From contig OZ059898.1 in the NCBI GenBank assembly GCA_964057225.1, positions 5,456,001-5,520,000 of the forward strand: a DNA stretch of 64,000 nt, given 5' to 3'. The DNA comes from Auanema rhodensis (taxonomy: Eukaryota > Animalia > Nematoda). Below are positions 39,050 to 50,203 of this stretch, in pieces. Every line of letters starts with the position of its first letter. The stretch's first letter is position 1. The notes beneath the pieces were generated by a model. It worked only from the letters and a program-made list of their open reading frames with translations. It did not search any database and had not been told where the DNA came from. Made by a program: the position numbers and the translations under genes.

Positions 39050-39953
39050 CTAAGCAAGCCCCTTTGTGTGGGACATATGACCAAGGGACACCTGCTTTCT
39101 CCTGAAACCAAGATAATTTCTTCCTAATTCTTATATCATAGAGAAGCTCTTCAAAGCTTACTCAGTAAATGCTGGTAGTAAAGCTTGTTCTTCTCTAGAT
39201 TCTAGCCGAATAGTGATCTGAAACGAATACTACAAAGGTTTCAAATGGAACAAGTTAGTCAGTACAACTAATTGGAAATGCAATGCAAATACACCTGGTC
39301 TCAATTTCTAAGAAATAGATCTTTCAATATACTTCCTTTACATATAAATTTAAATGAAACAATACTATCAAACATTTTACCTTAGTATTCTGTTTTGTCC
39401 ATAAACGAATTAAAATCCACTTCTTATCATATTGAATCTTCTTATCCTTTAGTTGAGTTAAATCATAAATTTGTCCCATCAATGGTTTTCTATAAAACAA
39501 ATGCTACTCATCCTACTAAATATATATATATATATATATAACTTTAGAATACAGTTAATATAACAAGTATTTGACTATATGTATCTAAATAACTTACCCA
39601 GCTCTTAGTCCAACTAGAAAAAAATTGTAAATTACCAACATTCCGTCATCTGTTATAACAGCTAGACGTTTTTCATACTTATTCAGACCAACCTTCTTGT
39701 GAATATATGAACAGGACGAATTTGCACGAGAACAAAGTAAATCCTAATAAATACATAATTATTTTCCTTTATATAAATATATATATTATAGTTAGTTATT
39801 TTTCTATCTTTCAACGCTAGTCACTAGACTTCTCATCAACTTAATCAATTCTTGAACACTTGCCTACTTCTCCATCTGCAACTTTCTAGCAAATTAACTG
39901 AAAGAAAGATTCACCTGCTCGGGTAATTCTATATATTTCTTTTTCAGCCACAT
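39050..39953 (-). CDS. Small unrecognised protein (about 147 aa) with a PH-domain-like pattern; absent from the ORF track
   Basis: Exons 39953-39915, 39743-39598, 39489-39381, 39307-39266 (optional, in frame), 39217-39162, 39101-39050, all phase-compatible. MWLKKKYIELPEQ DLLCSRANSSCSYIHKKVGLNKYEKRLAVITDDGMLVIYNFFLVGLRAGKPLMGQIYDLTQLKDKKIQYDKKWILIRLWTKQNTK [KLRPGVFALHFQLV] ITIRLESREEQALLPAFTERKQVSLGHMSHTKGLA*. Confidence 0.75.
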
Positions 39954-40430
39954 TCCAGGTGTTTTAAAAATGAAAACGCGATAAAGTCACGTGAACTGCT
40001 CACGTCAACCCTTTCAAGAGCAGCGACTATAATTGAATCATGATAGAAATACATAAATCAGAGAAAAAAACAATACAATTAAGAATAAAAATAATTTATT
40101 AATTATATTTTTATAAATCAACTATTTAACTATATTAATATTTTACAAACAAATCAGGTCCGGCTCAAAACGTAGTCTTATTTTCATTTCTTATCAATAG
40201 GTCTCCATTACGAAGTATAATCAATAGATATAGTAAATAACATACAAACCAAGCAAGAAAATTTATTATATGATTGAAACAATTTATAAATTTTCTAAAA
40301 AAATAGAAAAGTCTTCGAAGTTTGCTTTTTTTACAAAACGAAAATACAGATGTGGCGAAGTTAGTCAAAAAATAATAAATGTGATCATTCGTAATCATTC
40401 TCCAAATTTTTACACAGGAAACAAATATAT

Positions 40431-42037
40431 CTACTTGTATTTTTTTCGATCCAAAATTTCAATTAGATCATTTACTGACGGTAAAGCATGTTTTGTTTCT
40501 ATTAATTCCTTTAAAAAATAAAGTTAAAAAATATTAAATTGAACACTAACTTTTCCTTCTCCAACTTCCACCCAGGTTTCAGATCTATGTTGAGAAAATG
40601 CAACTCGTTTACTTGGATATCCAAAGTGGTCAATTTGGATATACTGTAAACCATTCTATATTTCCTTGAATAAGCTAAAGCACATACGGTCGATCTGCCG
40701 TCCAACTTGGGCTCATCCATCCAGCGTACTGAAACATCTCGGGATTTCACCCGTCTATTCGATATTACAAATGAAGCAAAAATTTTGAAATGTAATCTTC
40801 GTGCAATGTGTTCTCTATCAAAGTATTGACGGACATCTGATGTACGGTATCTCTTTTTCTGAAGAAATAGTCAAAGAGTTCATGGATATAGAGATAATAC
40901 AGTAAACTGACAACATGATTTTCTTCAAATTCACCAAAAATATCTTCGCCTTCTACTTGACAATGAGGTATATTATGTGCAGTTCCTACAACAAGTCTAA
41001 AATAATATTTTGTTTTATCATGTTAAAAACAATAAAACATTCTTCCTTACTTGCATAAGTCTTTGAAGTTATCAACAGGATTTTTTAAATATATCCTCAG
41101 CATAGTATGAATTTCAGGTATAACCACTTCTTCGGATAATGAATTAAATGCAATCTGCAACACTATTCTAAGTTTTTTTCTTATTAATAGATATATGAAT
41201 AACAACTATTATAAGAAAAATTATATATCTTACCGACAGAATTTTTTCTAAGGAATCTAGATTAACCTTCTTTGACATAATGATACATATTTTTGGTCGG
41301 TTATTAATGTTATAAGTTAAAAAATCAATAATATCAAGAGTTTTTTCTAAAATAATATATTTATTATTTTAAAAAATCAAAAATAAAAATAAAATTTACC
41401 TAATGGAAATCTGTCGACAGATAACTTAACTTCATTGGATATAGTTCTTGCCCAATCACCATCCTTCTTTAACCATTCAACAAAGTTCAGAGTTCGTTTT
41501 AGCTCAGGATCAATACACACCTCTTCCTATAAATATAATTAAATATATAATACATTTCAAACATATAATAATAAAATTTGAGAACTTCTTCTTTCAATTT
41601 TATTTCCTCTCGCATAAAGGACGTACACAAGTCATCCTTTTCAACTGGCACTCCTCGTGGAAATTCAATTTCTTCTGCATCCTACAAAGTAATTATTAAA
41701 TTTTATTAAAACTTTATAAATAATGAAATTATAATATTTTTTTAAATATATTTACTTACTGAAAAATCACTGCTAATACCAAGATTTTCATCTTTCTCCA
41801 ACCCCGGATAGAATGTTTCGTCTTTAAGATCGTCATAATTACCATCTTCAGGATATGGATCACATTCCTAAAATATAAAGAATTATAATATTCATAAAAT
41901 GATAGATAAGAAATTAAGAGATATAGAAAACGTACGAGAACGATTTCAACGTTCGTTTCATCTTCGTGGACAGCATCGATGTACGAATCCTGAAGCGTCG
42001 GTGGAGCTAAATCAATGTCTTCCAACTCATTAGACAT
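40431..42037 (-). CDS. Unrecognised protein (about 358 aa) with a strongly acidic N-terminus
   Basis: Ten phase-consistent exons: 42037-41936, 41867-41760, 41681-41586, 41526-41400, 41346-41234, 41154-41051, 40996-40912, 40858-40688, 40643-40551, 40508-40431. Begins MSNELEDIDLAPPTLQDSYID and ends SVNDLIEILDRKKYK*. Further upstream exons (about 42076-42200) are possible. Confidence 0.8.
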
Positions 42038-42429
42038 ACTAAACAATAACTTTGTTAAGAAATAAGCAGAATTACAAAAACTGGAAAACGTTCTTCATAA
42101 TTCTATTGAAAATCATTCTGAGAACAAAAATAAATGTGTTATTTTTAAAAATCAAAAGTACCCGCCCACTACTTCGTCTGTCTATATTTGAGAAATTCAT
42201 TTGTTCCGACCATTCTGATCCATTAACTTTAAGTTCAAACTACAAGTTGCACAGACATGTAAATAAGTTACGTTCCAAAGAATCAGAAATAATTAATTTA
42301 TACAGATAGATTCAAGATTCATACCATTACAAATCCAAACAATTTTTACGTCAATTTTCACGTTTTCTTATGTAAATCATTTGTGAATTAAACATAGTTT
42401 ATACTGGTTGATATTCGATACATAAATTA

Positions 42430-44122
42430 ATGGATAAAAAGTATTTAACACTGTTTTTGTTTTTAATTTTTTAATTTAATAACTTCAGCGTAAACTTTGG
42501 AAACTCTGATCCACGTCTATTCATTCCACCTGTACTGTCCGGATTTAATCTTAATCCATTGTCGTGCGAATTATCAAGAAAAAAGACTGTTGATGGAAAA
42601 AAGTTTTTATTTTTTTATGAATTAATAACTTTATTATTAAACAAAAATATTTAGAATTGTTTATACGTTTTCTATAGCATTAGAATCAGTTGATTCAAAT
42701 TCGCTATTTCAAAGTAACAATCCAACTTCAATAAATACAGTCTTAACAGAAAAGTTGTTGCATAACTGAAACCATTATTTTAATTTCTTTCCAATTCAGA
42801 GATTTAACAAAGGATGTCATAGCAAAACCAAGCAAGGGTTGGAATTATTATTTTATTTCTTTAATTTAAAACAATATCAGATGAGGAGAAAGCACGGAAG
42901 GTATTCTGTGACGGAGCTTGCTCTCGGAAATATTTACCAAACTGTTTGATAACCATATCTGAATGTAAGCATCAATTATGTCCTATTTGTGTGGAATTAG
43001 TAAAGCTACCAGACGGTATGTGTTTAGGCTATTCGGCTGTAATCTAAAGCTATTTAGGTGCTATGTCATGCAGTTCATTTGCTTGTACCCGAAAAGTCAT
43101 GTTTAATCATCTATCTTCAGATGAAGCTTTAAGATCATATAATCATATAGTAATATGAGATTATTTAATTGTGTTGTTAATGTTTTTAGTTATAGATTCG
43201 TACCCGATGTATAGAAAATGCAGCCGAAAAACGAAAAAATAACCAAATTTCAGATACAGAATCCTATATCTACTGCTATAGACAGCCAAGGTAGAGTATT
43301 TTATAGTTTATATTTATTTATTACATACATTGAACATAAACTTTGTTTTAGTATGGTACGTCTTGTTGATGTTATTAGCGGGTCATCAAAGGTACTATTT
43401 AAGATATGTATATTATTTTTATATTTTATTTCAAGAGCCCTGTTACTATGTCTACTGCTGCTGAAAGAAGGTTTACAAACCTGACTATTAGCTATATTAT
43501 TTGGTTCAATATGTTATTATAGCCCATTTACTGTATATTTTAATAATTCATTGGATGGCAATGATATAATTCGATTGTTTTCTAGTTATAGAGCCCAAGC
43601 AGATAAAACAATGGTTTTTTTTTAATTCCTGGTTCCAAATTTTAATAACTTATATTTAGATTCCACTAATTGTCTTAGAGCATGAAAAGGCTAAAGTGAA
43701 TGTATTATTAATTCTCAGAGACGGAAATACCAGTAGAAGGTAAGAAGTGTGAAAACAATTTGTTTCAAAAACTTACTATTTCAGAATGTTATTGAGTTAC
43801 GAGTTTCCAGCAACATGTTCATTACATAAGGCGTTGTCGGATTGTATTGGAAAATGGGGAAGGTATACTCTTTTCGCATATACATTATTCTTATTCATGA
43901 TTTAGTGTATTGGAAAATGATGATTGTCGAATATTCTACTGTGATGGTATTAACATATCTTCAATTCGTCAATTGAAATCAGATGAGCATAGAGAGGTTT
44001 CATATCTTTCTGTTTAATTATTACTGTTTTTCTTCTTGTTCTAGGCTTGTCTATTTAGCTATAAAGGGTTGTCCGGAAATTTACACTTTGTAGTGGATTC
44101 AGCTGGATGTGTACGTTTATAA
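42430..44122 (+). CDS. Unrecognised protein (about 337 aa) with a RING-like zinc finger and a possible C-terminal ubiquitin-like/UBX fold
   Basis: Fourteen phase-consistent exons: 42430-42440, 42489-42602, 42655-42753, 42800-42837, 42881-43015, 43058-43149, 43196-43290, 43352-43391, 43436-43470, 43586-43613, 43660-43739, 43785-43862, 43906-43996, 44045-44122. Motif CDGAC-x14-CKHQLCPIC-x12-CSSFAC. Confidence 0.8.
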
Positions 44123-44199
44123 AATTAAATTTTTTTAAATATGTTCGAAAAATATTCTTTTATTTGAAAAAAAATATGTCAATATAGTAATACTAGTTA

Positions 44200-45189
44200 T
44201 TATTCATTTTGATTATAATCACTGAAAAACCGAAGAACGATTTCATTAACAAGTAAATCTGAATGAGATTTTTTAACATCAAACGAACTTTATCATTTAT
44301 TTACCTGGACTATCTCGGCTTCTTGACCAATTCTCATGAGAAATAGAATTAATAGAAAGAGATGAATTTTCATTAAGATCCTTGAGGAGGTTGATCATCT
44401 TTTCATTAACTCTATTCCAAATAAAGTCATACAGTGTATTTTTTGGTTGGTTCTGATAAGCTATAAGATTAGGCAAATTCTTAATAGTTAAGCATATACC
44501 AACATATATGTCTTTAATCCCTCCGGGACGGCTTTCAAGAAATTTTCAAAATTTTGCTGGTGGATAGATGAAAACATTTCATCTTCTTGGTTTTCTTCAT
44601 CTATCCAAAGTGTTCTTCCTTCAAATCTTTCATATTGTTTCTCTGAAATATGTACATTCTTAGTTCAATGTTAATGGCAAGATGATATAAGTTACCTAAA
44701 AATTTCTCACAATCATTTTTTTCTTGACCATATTTAGTAAAACTAATCCTAGAAATCTTTTGTCCAATTATAACCTTCAGCTTTGTTTCTTCAATTCCTA
44801 TTTCGGGCAAACGAATCTTGAATCTTATAATATATAGTTTTTTATAAATATACTTACACTTATTCCATATTCAGAGAGGCTCTTATCTTTGGGTGCACAA
44901 ACTTTGATTTTTTCACGATATTCGGGTTTCGTGTAGCATCTTACTTTGATCTCGCGTTGATTATCTAATATATAATTAATTTTTTATATAATTTTTTTGT
45001 TTGAGTAAAATGTAGGATCCTTAATGCCTCTCGTGTTCTTTACCATATAAATTTACCTTCATTTTTATTTTTTAATATAATGAGCCCTCTCCAAATGACA
45101 TTGTTTAATTGCCATACTGTAGCGATATAGTCAGTAATCTCAGTATCAGTTTGTGAGTTGTCCAAATGGATTATCGTCATACCTACCAT
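44200..45189 (-). CDS. Unrecognised protein (about 224 aa)
   Basis: Exons 45189-45057, 44964-44858, 44816-44696, 44642-44576, 44531-44500, 44460-44305, 44258-44200 join in frame (MVGMTIIHLDNSQ...VIWRGLIILKN...IVLRFFSDYNQNE*). AATAAA on the minus strand at 44159-44164. The 44532-44575 intron was inferred to keep phase. Confidence 0.7.
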
Positions 45190-47037
45190 TACAAAAGGGA
45201 AATAGCAGATGCTGAACGAACGGCCAAGTAAGTATATTTAAATGAAAAAATAATCATCTATCGCACGTGGATTACGTGTACTTGTACTTATAGTTTTCAA
45301 ACTTGCTCACATCTTAATTTTTTCTAAATAATTTTTGATTCAAAGCACACAGCTTTTTGTTTATTATACCTAAATTTCTCTAATACGTCTGAACATGAAG
45401 TAGCGTTTATTTTCGAACATGATCGTTTTAGATAAAAATCACATCTTTTATACGAATTACCGGTTTCTGCGCTATTGGCTTTTTCTGCAAAGTTTACATG
45501 ATCAAAATAAGTTACATTGTCATTTTCTCTTCTCTTAACTGTAATGTTTCATTTTGCTCGATAATTTGTTCAAAATATTAAAATGACAACGACAAATCGC
45601 GGAATCATTTATAATTTTGAATCAAGAATTGCGCATCAAACACATAATGATTAAGATAATTTATTTTTCGATTCCTTTTTTGATTCAGAAAAGGAATGAG
45701 GTTTGCTTGTCACTTAAACTCAGCCTTAATATAATATTGGATCAAGTGCCACTCATTTTCATTTAGAAATTGCTAAAGAGATAATTTCTAATTACATAGT
45801 GGCTGATAATGATTTTTTTCTGTTAGCAACTCATATCTTATTTGATAACTGGAATGTAGTATGAAAATGAGAGCAGTCTTTTGTTGTAATCACGCACGTG
45901 CTCTTCCTATTTACCTAAAATAAGCTAGTAAAAGAACGAGAATTGATTAGATGTATATTATGTTGTTTAAGCTGATTTTGATCCAAAAACTCTATTACAA
46001 CAATTTCTAAAACAGATGTAGTATGCCAACAACTGTTAGTATATGTATCTGCTTTGATCATGAGCCATTGAAGTTAGCAAGAAGCAATAGACTCTGGCTC
46101 TTCTTGTTGTATTTTGACAGCTGATACGCTGATGCTATGAAACGTTTCACGGTAATTCTAAGAAATCGATCAAACGATATTGTTGTTGATCTTATTGAAA
46201 TGATTATTCAGTTTTTTCACACACACATAAATATATATATATATATATATACGTGTGAATATATGCAATTAGACAACAAACCATGATCACAGACCTGCCA
46301 ATCAATTCAATTTCATATGTGCGTTCATGACTATTAAAGAACCCAATTCCTGTTTTACACGTGCTATATGACCGAATATGTCAATTTTGAAAAAAATGTT
46401 TATATTTAGCATTGATAATGTGAAAGAGACCGCTAAAAGCAATGTTTTAATCCAAATTATCACATGATAAGGCACCAAGCGACTTTTCTGATAACCGTAG
46501 GTTTCTCCAATTATTTCACGGTTTTGCGTTGAAAAATAATCATTAGGAATCAGACATTCCTACACATGTATTAAAAAGAGGATCAAATAAGAAAATTTTA
46601 TAATCTCATTTCAGCATTTCGCATACAAGCAATACATTCTCAATATCGTTATAAGTTAACCTTCACGCTTTTTAATACACACATAATACACTCTAGTGAT
46701 GAAAACACTATGTACAGGATTCTCCTGCTTGGTAAAAAACCCCCAGAAAACATGGGGATAGACAATATAAGTACGGCGAGAATAGCATTAACAACACACC
46801 TGTATATCAAAAGATACAAATATCAATATAGTATTATCACAAAAAAACGTTAAAAGCTACATACATGGCATACTGTCCGCAAAATCTTTTCAAGTGTACA
46901 GGATATATCAAAAATAAAAAAAGGAACCCGATGTTTATGATTCTAAGAAACTACTTTGTCGAGACGACTTTAAGGATTAGGTTAAACGGATGTCATCGTT
47001 ATTAAAATCAATGTAAGGTTTTGAAAATGTTCAATAC

Positions 47038-48766
47038 TTATGTTGGCCGGTTTCCTTGTCCGGGTACATGATGCGACCAATCAGCGACCTTAAAATTTAT
47101 GATAGGAACAAAATAGAAAGAGAACATACCTGAGGACCCATTGTCAAATTTCTTCTGGATGATGTACTATATATTGGAAGTACTTCACTTGCCTCAACAG
47201 GAACAGCCTAGTATGTGATAATTGATCATATTTACAATGCGAACCACAATACCTTCAGGTATACACAGGCGTCTGTTCCATACCCCTCCATGGAAACCAA
47301 GAAGAGATCACCAAGAAAATATCTAGCGTACAACCGAGAGAGTGGAAGACCATATCCATATCCTGCCTGAACTAGACATAGAGAAAGCTTAAAATGTTCA
47401 TTCATACCAAAGGTGCTTGAGTCCCATCTCTAGGTGGTGGTGGAGCAGTACTATACATGTAATTATATAAACGCTCTAATATTGTCCTAGAAACGCCACC
47501 GCCACGATCACAAACCTTAAATATTCACAATAAAATAAACCTAGAAATTATAGACAACCTTGATAGAGAGATCTTCATTTCCACGAACAACATACACTTG
47601 AATATCCGGAAGATCATCATCTACTCCATGATGTTCAACTGTTGCTCTCATTGAATTCTAGAGAAAAGGTCAAAGTACATTTCACTTTAAAAAAACCCAC
47701 TTTGAAAAGTTCGAACATTATATGATAAAGATGACTGGGAACGGCAACAATTTTGATTGGCTTCCCCTGAAAAATCAATTCTATTTTAACAGAAAGCTCA
47801 AAAAAAAAGACCTTGTCAACACTGTTGATCATCTGTAATTTCATAGCGGGGCTCGTGAGATAGTAACGATCACAAAGAAAACTAAAACTACTGTTAGAAA
47901 TGTTCATAGAAAGCTATTATTGTACCGTGCATTCTCAAAAGCATCATAAACAACACTCTCGACATCACAAGCTGGGTCAATGCAGCCAACATGTCTAGGA
48001 CTCTCCGGTAGCACAGAACCAAAAACAACAAGGTGTTGATTTTGTAACATTCTTATGGAGATTCTATTGATGTAAAATCGATCCAAAAAATATTGTATGC
48101 CTTCAAAAACAAATAAACATACATAATATGAGAAATCGTACCTTTTTCACTAGCAATATCAACACCATCGCTTTCCCTCAATTCGATAAGACCTTCAGCC
48201 ATAGTTTCTACTACATGTGCATGGCGTTTCAGAATCAACTGAAGTTGGTCGTTGAATCTGAAAAGGAACTTTTATGTAACAAACAACAGTGTAAAAAAAG
48301 ACAGCTCAATTACCTAGATATGTTATCGCTCGAAGGACCTGAGTTTTCGAATTTTAGTAAATCTTCAAAGCTGTCACAGTACCTTTAAGAAAATCAATAA
48401 AATATATTTTGAAAATTAAACAGACCATTCGGATACCATTTTCGAACTTGGCATTTGAAGAAGTTTGGGAGGGAGCAGAGAAAATTCCTAAACAAATTGA
48501 ATAATATTCATTTAGCTTTTAATACTGACCTGCATAATGTTGGCTAAACGAACAAGGAGCTCATTTTTTAGGAAGGTATATGAAGTAGAAGCTGTACCAA
48601 TACGGCCGAAATCCAAATATTGTTGAATCGTCAGCGACGAAGGTTGGAATTGACTTAAAAAATAATAAATCAAAAGAAATCGAAATAATAAAACAGACCT
48701 ATAATAATCAAGCTTCTTTGTTACCGCACCAACAAATGGTCCAAGAACCCGTCTTGTTAAGTTCAT
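47038..48766 (-). CDS. pdhk-2: Mitochondrial pyruvate dehydrogenase kinase (399 aa)
   Basis: Thirteen exons: 48766-48699, 48653-48530, 48487-48426, 48382-48314, 48257-48142, 48100-47926, 47881-47812, 47766-47701, 47657-47559, 47515-47408, 47366-47253, 47207-47130, 47088-47038; CDS 1200 nt. Motifs [33 protein letters not shown] (N box), DRGGG (G1), [25 protein letters not shown] (G2) and the C-terminal DW motif. Confidence 0.98.
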
Positions 48767-48768
48767 GT

Positions 48769-48775
48769 CTGAAAA
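48769..48775 (-). promoter_or_regulatory. Probable SL trans-splice acceptor (TTTTCAG) 2 nt before the pdhk-2 ATG
   Basis: Minus strand reads TATTTTCAG|ACATG, the nematode consensus 3' splice site directly before the start codon. Confidence 0.7.
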
Positions 48776-49639
48776 TAGTTAATGAATATACGATTTCGGA
48801 ATGAATTGAATTATGTCATGACGTTTAATATAAGAACGGTTATCATTTTCAACAGCATTTCTTCATGAGTATTTCTTTTGCGATAAGCCTAGAGAAACAA
48901 ATGCAAAAAATAAAAATTGGAAAACAGCAGTCGAGACCGAGTGATAATTTGTACTGGTGTAGAAAAAATAGATGACTTAAGTGAGTTATCTGAGAACTGC
49001 TAGTTGCTCGGATGTTCAAAGATAAACTATAGGAGCCAAATATGATCAAGAAACTTGCAATGCCAGTCGTCATTAAAAATGTTTTCAGAAACAGGTTGGG
49101 TTGGAAACAGACCAAAATTTTCAAAGAAATGGAAAGCAGGAATGAAAGTGAAATACACAAGAATAAAAAATATAGGGTAGTAATATCAGAATCGCATAGC
49201 TAAAGGTAACATGTTGCATAATATAAGTTAATATTGAATTCAACAACATCCTTACAAATGACCAACAGCTCTAGTGGAAGAAATCAATTAAAGCCTTGAG
49301 ATGCTTTTGACTGGCCAGAGTGGATAAGCAAAGACGAAACGTGCTCCATCCCCCGCAGTCATGTGTCCAATAATGTTCTAACGAACAGACATAACATTGG
49401 AGTTCCCCATACAATTATAAAACCAATGTAACTTATAGATGAATAACGCAAAGATGTGATACTAGATTTTGTAGTTGATTCAGTGTTTGTATTTTCACTT
49501 TTTTCTGTGTGTGGGCGAGCGTTAAAAGAGAAACTCTCACGTACATGCATTGAAATATTGCGAATAGAAAAGGCATTTAAACTTTGAAATGAGAAAGATT
49601 AAAGCTTCGTACATTTGAGGACTTTTACGCTTCACAGTA

Positions 49640-50020
49640 AATCAAAGAGGAACGGAACACGAGACATCAGAATAGCGAGCATGAAGGGAACCGGCTCGAA
49701 AGGAACAATATGGAGGGCGGAGTAATCGTAAAAGCTGCGCAAGTGCGGTGCGTCTGGACGTATTTTAGGTGCGCCTGATAAAAAAATTCTAAAATTATTA
49801 AAATATAACTTAAACAATCGCAATATATGATTGCTAAATGAGTATGAAAAATATTGCAATACTATGATTTGATACTAACAAAGGAAAAACTAGTTGAAAC
49901 GAACTTACTTGTAAGTCAGGTTGCTATTGTTTTATCTTGCTTGATTTTCAACCGAAATATTTTTTAAAGAAGTTGTATATAAATGTTTTTCACTTATGTC
50001 ACGTAATCACGTCATGCTAG
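49640..50020. promoter_or_regulatory. Candidate bidirectional promoter between divergent pdhk-2 and the SAM-domain gene
   Basis: GC-rich block about 49680-49776 (GGAGGGCGGAG, TGCGCA, GTGCGCC) and paired TCACGT at 49999-50012, inside a 1.4 kb head-to-head gap. Confidence 0.5.
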
Positions 50021-50203
50021 CGTTTTGAGTTTATAATTAGCTTTTTAATCTTGTAAATGATTTTGTAATTCTCCTAACATTTCATTATACTAATGCTTTG
50101 GTTTAAATGTAATTACATATTATTTGTTTCAATTTCTTCTCCTTATATAAATCAATTAAATTATCTTACAATAAAACAAAAATTTATTCAGATTGTAGAT
50201 CTA

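Noticed and set aside
45190-45665. Operon linking pdhk-2 to the downstream minus-strand gene
   Set aside because: The gap of about 450 nt from the putative poly(A) signal is longer than typical intercistronic spacing, there is no clear TTTCAG before the ATG, and the gene has its own promoter-like motif.
49680-49780. GC-rich block as a tRNA or other structured RNA (also 61270-61345)
   Set aside because: No cloverleaf, T-loop GTTCRA or A/B-box spacing could be fitted.
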